Source: Candidatus Coatesbacteria bacterium | GTDB taxonomy: Bacteria > JAFGND01 | Direction: 5' to 3' | Assembly (NCBI GenBank): GCA_016927185.1 | Contig: JAFGND010000039.1 | Location: forward strand, 1-36,691 | Length of the DNA stretch: 36,691 nt | Shown here: positions 8,418 through 17,838 of the stretch, one piece after another | Position numbering within the stretch: position 1 is the stretch's first letter | Layout: each line of letters starts with the position of its first letter | The notes under the pieces: generated by a model | The model's input: only the letters and a program-made list of their open reading frames with translations | What the model was told of the DNA's origin: nothing | The model's database searches: none | Made by a program: the position numbers and the translations under genes

Positions 8418-10970
8418 ATGGAGAATGTAAGAATTTTCAATGTAATACCATCATTGCCAGAAAGGCTTTCATCTTTAAGAAAAATTGCTTATAATACATG
8501 GTTTTCATGGCATCCTGAAACAATAAGATTGTTCAGGAGAATCAATCCAAAACTCTGGGAAAGCACTAATCATAATCCTGTGTTGCTATTAGGTCAAGTC
8601 AGCCAATCAAGATTAGAAGAGCTACTAAACGATGAAGGTTTCTTAAGAGAACTAGATGATATCAGTGAGGAATTTGACAGATATGTTAATAAAGAAGCTT
8701 CATACAATTTCAGGCTTGAAAGACCGATTGATGGCATAATCGCTTATTTTTCGATGGAGTATGGTTTATCAGATTGTTTGAATATCTATTCTGGAGGCTT
8801 AGGCATATTGAGCGGAGATCATATGAAATCAGCTTCAGATTTAGGTGTTCCAATAGTAGGTGTTGGGTTACTATACAGGCAAGGATATTTTACCCAATAT
8901 CTTTCAGCAGATGGATGGCAACAAGAATTTTTTCCTGAAAATGATATTCCCAATCAACCTATCATGCAGGAAAAAGATAAAGACGGAAAACCTATTGAGA
9001 TAAGCATAGAACTCAAGGAGAGTAGATTGAAAGCTTATGTTTGGAGAGTTCAAATAGGAAGTATCCCTCTTTATCTTCTTGATAGCTATCATCCAGAAAA
9101 TCCTCAATCCCTTTGGGATATAACTGCCCAGCTATATGCAGGTGATAGAGAGATGAGATTGCAGCAGGAAATATTATTGGGTATAGGAGGAGTTAGAGCT
9201 TTTAAAGCACTTGGATATAATCTGGATGTAGTCCATATGAATGAAGGTCATAGTGCATTTGTTGTGCTTGAGAGAATAAGAACTTTGATGGTAGAAAATG
9301 GATTGAGTTACAAGGAAGCGAAGGAGCTTGTTTTTGCCACGACTTGTTTTACTACTCATACACCAATACCAGCTGGGAATGAGGTTTTCGATAGATGGCT
9401 TATAGAAGCATATTTTAATAGATATATAAACCAGCTTGGTATAAGCATGTGGGAGTTTTTAAGCTATGGAAGGATAAATCCAGCTAATGAAGCTGAACAA
9501 TTCTGTATGACAGTATTAGCAATAAAGTTTTCTGCATACAAAAATGGTGTTTCACAACTACATGCAAAAATAAGCAGGCAGATGTGGAAAGACATCTGGC
9601 CTCATATCCCTCAAGATGACGTTCCAATAATAGGAATTACCAATGGCATTCATGTTCCTACATGGATAAGTAGTGATATGGCAAGCTTGTTCGATAGATA
9701 TCTCGGGCCAAGATGGTCAGAAGATCCTGATAATCAAAGAGTCTGGGAGAGAGTGATTGATATACCAGATAGTGAATTATGGAGGACTCATGAAAGGAGA
9801 AGAGAAAGGCTAATAGCTTTTGCAAGAACCAGACTTGTTGAACAACTCAAGCAAAGAGGCTCAACAAGAACTGAGCAGAAACTAGCTGAAGGTGTTCTTA
9901 ATCCAGAAGCATTAACTATTGGTTTTGCAAGAAGATTCATACCATATAAAAGAGGTGATTTAGTCTTTAGAGACATTGATAGACTTATTAAAATTTTGAC
10001 TAATCAGGAGAAACCTGTTCAGATAATTTTCGCAGGCAAAGCTCACCCTAGAGATAATTATGGTAAACAGATAATAAAGAATATAATACAATATTCAAGA
10101 AAACCAGAGTTAAGAGACAGAGTTGTCTTTATAGAAAACTATGATATGAATGTTGCAAGATACATGGTTCAGGGAGTTGATATCTGGCTGAATAATCCAA
10201 GACGTCCCCAGGAAGCATGTGGAACAAGCGGAATGAAAGCAAGTGCAAATGGAGCAATTAATTTCAGTGTTCTTGATGGATGGTGGTGTGAAGCATATCA
10301 AACCAATCTGGGATGGGCTGTAGGTCAGGGAGAGGAATACCAGGATATTAATCTTCAGGATGATATAGAGAGTAATGCTATATATACTCTACTTGAAAAA
10401 GAAGTAATACCAATATTCTATGACAGAGGATCAGATCAGCTTCCAAGAAGATGGATACAAAGGATGAAAAGCGGTTTAAGAGCTATTGTACCTGTTTTCA
10501 ATACACATAGAATGGTTGAGGATTATGTTGAAAGAGCCTATTATCAAGCAGCAATGAATCACAAGAGGCTTGTTAATAAAAAATATGCTGGCATAAGGGA
10601 GTTTACTAAATGGAAAGAGAATATCTCTAGAAAATGGCAGGATCTTAAAATTATTGAAGTAGAAAGCGATGGATTTAATGACAGGAGAATTGGTTCGAAA
10701 ATAAAGATTTCGGTTAAAATAAATCTTGGAGACATACATCCTTCTGATATAAATGTTGATCTTTACTATGGTCATATTGATAGCGCAAGGTATTTCCTGG
10801 ATCATAAAGAAGAGCATCTAGCATTTGAAGAACAAAAGGGAAACGAAGCTATTTTTTCAGGAGGATTGATTTGTGAGACTACAGGCAAGTTTGGTATTGT
10901 CATTAGAATTCTGCCTAATCATGAAAATCTTGTAGATTCTATCTCTTCTGGTCTGATACTCTGGGGATAA
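8418..10970 (+). CDS. glgP: Alpha-glucan (glycogen) phosphorylase, GT35
   Basis: AYFSMEYG, YSGGLGILSGDH, HMNEGH, FTTHTP, GFARRF..YKR, AGKAHP, EACGTSGMKA (PLP Lys). Start placed at ATG 8418 because of the GGAG RBS. Confidence 0.97.
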   Translation: MENVRIFNVIPSLPERLSSLRKIAYNTWFSWHPETIRLFRRINPKLWESTNHNPVLLLGQVSQSRLEELLNDEGFLRELDDISEEFDRYVNKEASYNFRLERPIDGIIAYFSMEYGLSDCLNIYSGGLGILSGDHMKSASDLGVPIVGVGLLYRQGYFTQYLSADGWQQEFFPENDIPNQPIMQEKDKDGKPIEISIELKESRLKAYVWRVQIGSIPLYLLDSYHPENPQSLWDITAQLYAGDREMRLQQEILLGIGGVRAFKALGYNLDVVHMNEGHSAFVVLERIRTLMVENGLSYKEAKELVFATTCFTTHTPIPAGNEVFDRWLIEAYFNRYINQLGISMWEFLSYGRINPANEAEQFCMTVLAIKFSAYKNGVSQLHAKISRQMWKDIWPHIPQDDVPIIGITNGIHVPTWISSDMASLFDRYLGPRWSEDPDNQRVWERVIDIPDSELWRTHERRRERLIAFARTRLVEQLKQRGSTRTEQKLAEGVLNPEALTIGFARRFIPYKRGDLVFRDIDRLIKILTNQEKPVQIIFAGKAHPRDNYGKQIIKNIIQYSRKPELRDRVVFIENYDMNVARYMVQGVDIWLNNPRRPQEACGTSGMKASANGAINFSVLDGWWCEAYQTNLGWAVGQGEEYQDINLQDDIESNAIYTLLEKEVIPIFYDRGSDQLPRRWIQRMKSGLRAIVPVFNTHRMVEDYVERAYYQAAMNHKRLVNKKYAGIREFTKWKENISRKWQDLKIIEVESDGFNDRRIGSKIKISVKINLGDIHPSDINVDLYYGHIDSARYFLDHKEEHLAFEEQKGNEAIFSGGLICETTGKFGIVIRILPNHENLVDSISSGLILWG

Positions 10971-10971
10971 T

Positions 10972-12147
10972 TTGGAAATAGTAAGTTTTGATAATAAAAA
11001 CAGGAAGATGATAGAGAGATTTGTACAATTCCATTGGGAATTGTACAGGAACGATTCAAGATATATTCCTCAACTTGATGCTGAATTAGTTGGAAACAAG
11101 CTTTTTAAAATAAAAGGTCTTCTTACAAATGAACATCCTTTCAATAAAAAAGCTGATGTTCTTTATTTCATGGCAATTGAAGAAAACAAGGTAAAAGGCA
11201 GAATTGCAGCCTGTGACAACAAAGTTTTTAATTCAGCGCAGGAGAAACATACTATCTTCTTTGGTTTTTTCGAGTCCAAAAATGAAGAAAGAATAGCTCA
11301 TGCTTTGCTTAATGAGGTGATAGAATGGGGTAAGAAAAGAGGTGCAGAGAGAGTTTTAGGTCCTGTTAATTTTGATACAACTGATAATATGGGCATGTTA
11401 ATTGAAGGGTTTGACAGACATCATTATTTGATGACAGTATGGAATTTTCCATACTATCAAAATCTGGTTGAATCATTCAATTATAATGAAAAACGATTTA
11501 CCAAGGCAATGGATTTATTGGCTCAGGAAATGCCTGTTCAAACACCTGATGGTTTGAAAGAAAAAAGAGAAAGATTAGGAAGGGTAGTAGAAGAAATCAA
11601 GAAAAGAAGAGATATAAGAATAGAAAGAATTACATTGGATAATCTTGATGCTGCAGTTTCAATAATTATGGAGATATATAATTCAGCATGGGAAAAGAAT
11701 TATGGATTTGCACCAATAACGAATGAAGATGCAGAGATGTTGAAAGCAAACCTTGAAGTTATTGTTAATCAGAGTGTCTTGCTTATAGCATATGTCAAAG
11801 ATGAACCAGCTGCTTTTTTTGGTGCTTTGGCAGATATTAATGAAATGATAGAAAGAAAAGGGAATATTCTGGATTTGGAGATTTTAAGATTCTTACGCAT
11901 ATTATATAGAAGAAACAAAGTCAAACATATTAGACTTTTTGCATTTGGAATTGTTGATAAATTCAGGAAAATAGGTGTTGATACTGCAATATATTATGAA
12001 GGTTTCAGAATAGGACAAACCATGAAGAATTTTGAAAAATGCGAGATTTCATGGCTATTGGAAACTAATACTCTTGTAATAAGAGCTGGTGAATCAATGG
12101 GTGCAGAAATAACAAAAAAATGGCGTGTCTTTGAGTTAATTATATAG
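10972..12147 (+). CDS. GNAT-fold N-acetyltransferase (YghO-like)
   Basis: GRIAA, FFGFFES, GPVNF...GMLIEGF, WNFPYY, YNSAWEKNYGF, EISWLLETN, KKWRVFE. TTG start 1 nt after the glgP stop. Confidence 0.8.
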   Translation: MEIVSFDNKNRKMIERFVQFHWELYRNDSRYIPQLDAELVGNKLFKIKGLLTNEHPFNKKADVLYFMAIEENKVKGRIAACDNKVFNSAQEKHTIFFGFFESKNEERIAHALLNEVIEWGKKRGAERVLGPVNFDTTDNMGMLIEGFDRHHYLMTVWNFPYYQNLVESFNYNEKRFTKAMDLLAQEMPVQTPDGLKEKRERLGRVVEEIKKRRDIRIERITLDNLDAAVSIIMEIYNSAWEKNYGFAPITNEDAEMLKANLEVIVNQSVLLIAYVKDEPAAFFGALADINEMIERKGNILDLEILRFLRILYRRNKVKHIRLFAFGIVDKFRKIGVDTAIYYEGFRIGQTMKNFEKCEISWLLETNTLVIRAGESMGAEITKKWRVFELII

Positions 12148-12152
12148 AGAAG

Positions 12153-13847
12153 GTGGTATTAATGAGTTTAATCTTATTGGTTTTATGCTTGTTCTTGAAT
12201 AATATAAATACTGATATTAATTACAGGTTTCTACCTGACTGGGAAGCAAAAAATAAGGAATTTTGTGGAACAGGTGTTGCTTTAGCGGATATAAATGGAG
12301 ATGGATGGGATGATTTGATAATAGCAAATGGAAATGATATGCTTGTCCAGACGATAACTATATACTATAATAATGGAAATGGTTCTTTTCCTGATTATCC
12401 AAGCTGGGAAAGTGATGATTCAAATTATCACGGTCATATAAGTGTAGGAGATATAAATGGAGACGGCTGGATTGACTTAGCAGCTTCTGTTTTCCTAGGA
12501 GAGAACAGGTTTGATAGTCCAGGCTGGGTAAAAATCTACTATAATCAACAAGGTGAATTATCTAAATATCCAGATTGGAGATCTTCTGAGACTTTTTTCA
12601 ATTTTTCCTGTATCCTGGGAGATGTTAATCAGGACGGCAAACTTGATTTGGTAACTGCTTGTGGTGAAGGTTATTATCATGCATCTCAAAAGCATTATAA
12701 CAGAATTTTTCTGAACAATGGATCAGGACTTAATACAACCTCTTCATGGCAGGATATAAATGGAGACAATTCAATGGATGTATTCTTTGTAGATATTGAC
12801 AAGGACGGTGATCTGGATTTATTTGTTGCTAATGAAAAGGCTAGCGATAAGATATATTTCAATAATAATGGAACTCTCAATACTTCACCAGATTGGCAAT
12901 CAACAGAATCAAACAGGGCAGCTAATAGTGTTTTCTGTGCTGATTTCAACAGGGATGGTTATATTGATGTTGCAGTTTCAGACAACAAGCAAACTACTCA
13001 GGGCGGTTATTTCAAACTTTATCTGAATACAAATGGAAGTCTTTCTAGAGATGTTCACTGGAAGAATAACATTATTGACTATGGAAGTTCGATTGCTTTA
13101 GTAGACGCTAATGGAGATGATTATCTTGATTATTTTGCAGGATCCTGGTGGGGCGAAGTAAAGATTTTTCTTAAGGAAGGAAATTCCTTTCATATTAATC
13201 CTGATTTCGAAAGTCTCACTAGCTCAGTAATTGAAGCATATTATTTTGGTGATGTTAACAAAGATGGATTGAGGGATACAACAGAGGTTTTTGTTTTACC
13301 TAATTCAACTTTCAGAGCTCTCTACCTTAGAAATAATTTCTGGCACAGAATAAATTCTTTAAAGAGAAATGGTATTGATTTCAAATCATATTGTTCAATG
13401 CCGGATCAAGGCTGGGTGAGTTTGGGCGGTAGTATAGCAGCTGGTGATACAATAGAAATCAACTATACATATTCTTCAAGACTCGATTTTGTTGTTAGTA
13501 ACTGGGATTATGCTTCCAATAGTCCAGGTGATTATCTATTTCTTTTTTATGGAAGTTCAAATTTTAAGGATGAATTCAGCAAGAATAAGATTCCTTATAG
13601 AATAAGCTTTAATATATTTCCTAATCCAGCAGACTACTGGGTAAGCATGAAATTTAATGTACAGGAAGGTAATATAAAAGTATATGATATTTCAGGCAGG
13701 ATGATAAATGAATGGAATATCAACAAAGAAAAGCAAATTTTCTGGAACCTTACTGATAAAAAAGGAATTGTGATTTCAAAAGGATTATATTTTGTTGTAT
13801 TGAATACTGATGAAAAGACCGTAGTCAGGAAATTTGTTAAAAACTAG
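12153..13847 (+). CDS. Secreted FG-GAP/VCBS beta-propeller protein with a T9SS type A/FlgD-like C-terminal domain
   Basis: Hydrophobic N-terminus. Seven calcium-blade motifs (DINGDGWDDL, DINGDGWIDL, DVNQDGKLDL, DIDKDGDLDL, DFNRDGYIDV, DANGDDYLDY and a split DVNKDG...LDF). C-terminal IFPNP...IKVYDISGR...WNLTD..G...SKGLYFV...KFVK. Confidence 0.9.
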   Translation: MVLMSLILLVLCLFLNNINTDINYRFLPDWEAKNKEFCGTGVALADINGDGWDDLIIANGNDMLVQTITIYYNNGNGSFPDYPSWESDDSNYHGHISVGDINGDGWIDLAASVFLGENRFDSPGWVKIYYNQQGELSKYPDWRSSETFFNFSCILGDVNQDGKLDLVTACGEGYYHASQKHYNRIFLNNGSGLNTTSSWQDINGDNSMDVFFVDIDKDGDLDLFVANEKASDKIYFNNNGTLNTSPDWQSTESNRAANSVFCADFNRDGYIDVAVSDNKQTTQGGYFKLYLNTNGSLSRDVHWKNNIIDYGSSIALVDANGDDYLDYFAGSWWGEVKIFLKEGNSFHINPDFESLTSSVIEAYYFGDVNKDGLRDTTEVFVLPNSTFRALYLRNNFWHRINSLKRNGIDFKSYCSMPDQGWVSLGGSIAAGDTIEINYTYSSRLDFVVSNWDYASNSPGDYLFLFYGSSNFKDEFSKNKIPYRISFNIFPNPADYWVSMKFNVQEGNIKVYDISGRMINEWNINKEKQIFWNLTDKKGIVISKGLYFVVLNTDEKTVVRKFVKN

Positions 13848-15195
13848 AGTTTTGCAGTATTTCATACTTTTTTATTTTATCAGAATTTTATTTATTAATT
13901 CAGCAATTGACTTACCTGATTCTCTCATCAATTTTCCAAACAGGAATCTGTCCGTAAAACAGCTTGCATCCATGTTGAAGAGCCCAAATCCCGAAGTAAG
14001 GCTAAATGCAGCTTCTACGATGTTATATTTTAGAAAACAAGGTACTGCTGAAGCTTTGTTTTCATTACTGAGCGATAAGAATCCTGAGACACAAGTACTA
14101 GCTGCAGATCTATTGTCAGAGATTATTGAGTGGAACGGAGATGAATCTTGTCTTAACCTGCTTTCTTCAAATGACTCAAGTAAAAAACTGCTTGGCTTGA
14201 GAATGATCGCAAAGAATCCACCATCAGATTGCTTACCCAGAGTAAAGGAAGCTCTCAACGATACTATCAAGGAAATAAAAATTGAAGCAATAGAAATTCT
14301 GGGAAGAATGAAAGATACTTATACTATAGTATATCTATTTTATTATTTGCAGGATTTAGATGAAGATTTGAAAAATGCTGCTATTAAATCAATATCAAGC
14401 AAAAAGGAATCAGTGGATTTATTAAGATTAATGCTTCAGGTAGATGATTGTGATTTAAACAAAACGGTTTTAAGCTGCTTTTCTGAATTAGACGAAAATG
14501 ATATCCCATCAATTATTGCTGATTTGCTTTACTCTAATTCCATGGAAGTAAGAAATAACACTATAAAATGCCTTTTTTTTCATTCTTCTCAGAGTTCTCT
14601 GGATTATCTTAATTTTGCATTATTTGATGGTTATAACGAAAACAGAGCACTTGCTGTTGAAAGACTTCTGTTCGAAGATAACGTAAGATTCAGGGAGAAT
14701 GCTTACATACTATCTCTTCAGGATGAGAGTCAGATTGTCCGATGGGCAGGATTAACATATATGGATGATAATGACGCACTTTTCAATAGAGAACTTCTTG
14801 TTAAAAGTATTTTTGATGAAGATCAAAATATAAGAAAAAAAGCTGCAATTAGATTATCAAGAGCTAGACTAAAGGTCTACAATGAATTCCAGAAATACAT
14901 AAGTCCTGAAATAAAAGAATGGGATGGATTCTGGACATATGTAGCTATCAGAAAAGTACCCGAAACAAAGGATATTCTTGGAAGTATTTTAAAAAGAGAA
15001 GATTTATCTTATTTGCATATGAAGACAAGGAATATTTTAAACAATTGGACAAATTTAAATGAACAGAATTTTGATAATGGAAATGATGAGAAAGAGGATG
15101 ATGAAGAAGCAGATTCCAAAACAATATCAAGAGGTAAAATAAAAAAGAAAGTAGTTAAAGGTGTTAAGAAATCAAGAATCAGAAAAAGAAGATAA
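13834..15195 (+). CDS. HEAT-repeat protein, probably exported, with a charged tail
   Basis: Repeating L.(S/D).(N/D)..VR..A units. Hydrophobic N-terminus. Acidic then Lys/Arg-rich C-terminus. Confidence 0.8.
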   Translation: MLKTRVLQYFILFYFIRILFINSAIDLPDSLINFPNRNLSVKQLASMLKSPNPEVRLNAASTMLYFRKQGTAEALFSLLSDKNPETQVLAADLLSEIIEWNGDESCLNLLSSNDSSKKLLGLRMIAKNPPSDCLPRVKEALNDTIKEIKIEAIEILGRMKDTYTIVYLFYYLQDLDEDLKNAAIKSISSKKESVDLLRLMLQVDDCDLNKTVLSCFSELDENDIPSIIADLLYSNSMEVRNNTIKCLFFHSSQSSLDYLNFALFDGYNENRALAVERLLFEDNVRFRENAYILSLQDESQIVRWAGLTYMDDNDALFNRELLVKSIFDEDQNIRKKAAIRLSRARLKVYNEFQKYISPEIKEWDGFWTYVAIRKVPETKDILGSILKREDLSYLHMKTRNILNNWTNLNEQNFDNGNDEKEDDEEADSKTISRGKIKKKVVKGVKKSRIRKRR

Positions 15196-16362
15196 TCAGA
15201 TCTTTGAGGTTCTTCTATAAGTTTTTCCTGCTTGTTCTATTATTAAACCTTTAAGTTCTAGTTCAAGCAGTTCAAGAGCAAGGGTATTTATATCTATTCC
15301 TGTCTTTTCAACTATATTATCTATATGCAATGAAGTATCAAGTGCAAGTATAATCTTTTCTTGAAGATTATTCAGATTTTCTAAAATTATGGGAATTTCC
15401 CTTTGGGGAGGAGTCGTTTCCTTTATATTTCTCAGTACTATCTTGTCATGTCTTCTTTCTCTTGATGGTATTGAGGTAATATGCTCCAGCTCCTTAAGTA
15501 TTTCTTCACTGCTTGATACCTGATTAGCACCTGATTCAATCAATTTTGCAGATCCTCTAAAGGTTATTGAATCGGCATAACCCGGTATTACAAAAACTTC
15601 TCTTCCTTCATCTATGGCATGATTAGCTGTTATCAAGGCTCCGCTTTTTATTCCAGCTTCAACCACGACAACTCCCATGCTCAATCCTGCAATAATTCTG
15701 TTTCTTATTGGAAAGGTGCTTTGTGAAGGAGGAAAACCTGGGAGAAACTGAGATATAAGCAACCCTCTTTTTTCTAACTGGTTATAAATATCTCTGTTTT
15801 CAGGTGGATAAATAATATCAACACCGTTTCCAAGAACTGCAATTGCTGAACCATTATTTTCCAGTGCAGCAAGCAAAGCATACCTATCAATACCTTTAGC
15901 CATCCCTGAAACAATAGTAAAACCTTCAGCAGATATTTCTTTTGCCAGTTTGTAGGCAATTTCTCTGCCGAATTGAGTAGTGGAGCGAGAACCAACTATT
16001 GATATTTTAGGAGGTTTTAAAGTATCAATATTTCCTTTATAAAAAAGAAATGGAGGAGGATTATGGATTTCTTTTAGCCATTCAGGATAGTCCTCTGAAT
16101 TAATATCAATAAATTCTATTCCTTTTTTCAACATCTGATTAGTTATCATGATTGCTTTATCAAGATACTTTTTTTCAGATATTGCTTCTTGAATATTAGA
16201 ATTTACTCTTTTTAAGTTAGATAATTCGCAGGAAGATGCTTCATAGATTTTCTCAGGAGAACCAAATCTCTTCAATAGCAAATTGAATATTGCATTTCCT
16301 AATCCAGGGATAAGACCTAAAGATATCCAACAAGCTGCACTATTCAGAAGGTTGTTCTTCAT
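15196..16362 (-). CDS. dprA: DNA-processing protein DprA/Smf
   Basis: SAM-like N-terminus (IPGLG...FGS), YP..LKEI.NPPPFLFYKG, IVGSR, IVSGMAKGID, FPIRNRIIAGLS, VVEAGIKSGALITA..A.DEGREVF, C-terminal winged helix. Confidence 0.96.
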   Translation of the reverse strand: MKNNLLNSAACWISLGLIPGLGNAIFNLLLKRFGSPEKIYEASSCELSNLKRVNSNIQEAISEKKYLDKAIMITNQMLKKGIEFIDINSEDYPEWLKEIHNPPPFLFYKGNIDTLKPPKISIVGSRSTTQFGREIAYKLAKEISAEGFTIVSGMAKGIDRYALLAALENNGSAIAVLGNGVDIIYPPENRDIYNQLEKRGLLISQFLPGFPPSQSTFPIRNRIIAGLSMGVVVVEAGIKSGALITANHAIDEGREVFVIPGYADSITFRGSAKLIESGANQVSSSEEILKELEHITSIPSRERRHDKIVLRNIKETTPPQREIPIILENLNNLQEKIILALDTSLHIDNIVEKTGIDINTLALELLELELKGLIIEQAGKTYRRTSKI

Positions 16363-17833
16363 CTCCTCCCTGATTTACTGTTTTGGGCATATAACCCATT
16401 TTAAGAAGGTAATTCCTGAAATGATATGCTCTTCCTCTTTTTATAACATATACCTGAGGTGTAAGTTTCTGGAAAATGTATTTGTCTATCTGTTCATCCT
16501 TTTCAAACTGGATAACAAGATTTGGAGCGTCTATATAAAACACAGTATTATCGTAAATCGCTAATTGGTCATATTTTCCAGCCCATTGCTCCAGCTGGTA
16601 GTTGATATTTTGAGGGACCTCTCCCTCAGAATGCTCAAGAAGGAATTTCTTTATATCGTCGAGATTAAGGCTAAGTTCTAACGCTTTATGAATTGAGTTA
16701 GATGTTAACTGATAATGAAGAACATAATCATCTTTAACAAATTCAGCAAGGCATTCAAGTATGAATCTGACTTTACTATCAATGTTTCTTTGAGCAATGA
16801 TTTCTCCTGAAGCTTGAAGTACAAATTTTTTCGCAACAAGGTCTGAAATATCAAGGTGTCTTGCTATTCTTGCTGCAATTGGAGTAACCATGAATCCAAG
16901 TACCTGATCCCTGATCATAGCTAGATTAAGAAGTCCTAAATCCGAAAAGAACTGGAATATGAAATTAAGATCAGGAAGCTGTTCTTGAGTAGCATAGTGC
17001 TCAATTTCTCCTCTCAGACTCCTTGTTTCAAACCAGCGATCCGGAGGGAGACATCTGAAAACCTGTAAAGCAATATAAAAACTTCTTAATATTGATTTTG
17101 ATGAAAAATGATGTATTAAGTAATTAAGAGCTGCCTGAACTCTTGAATAATATTCCTGTGAAAGCCATCTCTCGAAAATGTCTCTTGATACTTCCAAAAC
17201 TCCTTTTCTCTCATACATAAATCCATACTCTATGCAGAAAGGAAGAAGTATATCAAGCGAGGTATTACTATGAAGAAGACTGCTTAATGATGCTTCCTCT
17301 TTCTTGTATATCTTACCAGAATGAGTAATCCTTGCTTTGTTGTGCTCAAGGAAATTTATCGTTCTAATAAGATCACATTCAAACTCGTTTATACCATAAA
17401 CAACCTGAAACTGGCTTGGATCAAAGTCTTTTAGATTTCTTGCAACTTCTGCCTGGAACAAATTATAGAAAATTATCTCCATCTCCTCAGGTATCTCGAA
17501 ATGCTGACTACCGCTTGTTGCTTTGAATATCAATCCCTTCTGTTTTAAACTTTCTATATGAGAATCAATTTGCTCCTGAGCAGTTCTGTCATGTCTGAAG
17601 AAACTATTTATCTCTGCTCTTACCGGTCTTGTAAAAAAGATATATTTGAGCAAAAAACGCTCTTTCAAGTTAAGATTTTTTACCTGCTCTCTTATTCTAG
17701 TTTCATCAGTAAGTATTTTCACCAAATACCTTATATAGCTCTTCTTGCTATTCAAATTACCAAGACTATATACCTGTGCCATTATTTCAATTTCTGATTG
17801 TGGCAACGCTTCCAGAAAAGTAGTTAAATTCAT
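16340..17833 (-). CDS. Helicase-associated (Helicase_C_3/PF13625-type, XPB N-terminal/Tfb2-like) domain protein without helicase motifs
   Basis: VLQASGEII...L...AE...D.V.HYQLT.NSI.KAL...L..DDI..FL..HS...VPQNI.YQLEQW matches the family pattern as I recall it. No Walker A or DExH motif. Confidence 0.8.
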   Translation of the reverse strand: MNLTTFLEALPQSEIEIMAQVYSLGNLNSKKSYIRYLVKILTDETRIREQVKNLNLKERFLLKYIFFTRPVRAEINSFFRHDRTAQEQIDSHIESLKQKGLIFKATSGSQHFEIPEEMEIIFYNLFQAEVARNLKDFDPSQFQVVYGINEFECDLIRTINFLEHNKARITHSGKIYKKEEASLSSLLHSNTSLDILLPFCIEYGFMYERKGVLEVSRDIFERWLSQEYYSRVQAALNYLIHHFSSKSILRSFYIALQVFRCLPPDRWFETRSLRGEIEHYATQEQLPDLNFIFQFFSDLGLLNLAMIRDQVLGFMVTPIAARIARHLDISDLVAKKFVLQASGEIIAQRNIDSKVRFILECLAEFVKDDYVLHYQLTSNSIHKALELSLNLDDIKKFLLEHSEGEVPQNINYQLEQWAGKYDQLAIYDNTVFYIDAPNLVIQFEKDEQIDKYIFQKLTPQVYVIKRGRAYHFRNYLLKMGYMPKTVNQGGDEEQPSE

Positions 17834-17838
17834 TTTTC

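Noticed and set aside
12288..12766. GATATAAATGGAGA repeated three times, a possible CRISPR-like or DNA repeat
   Set aside because: All copies are in frame and encode DINGD within the FG-GAP protein. Spacing is irregular and there are no cas genes.
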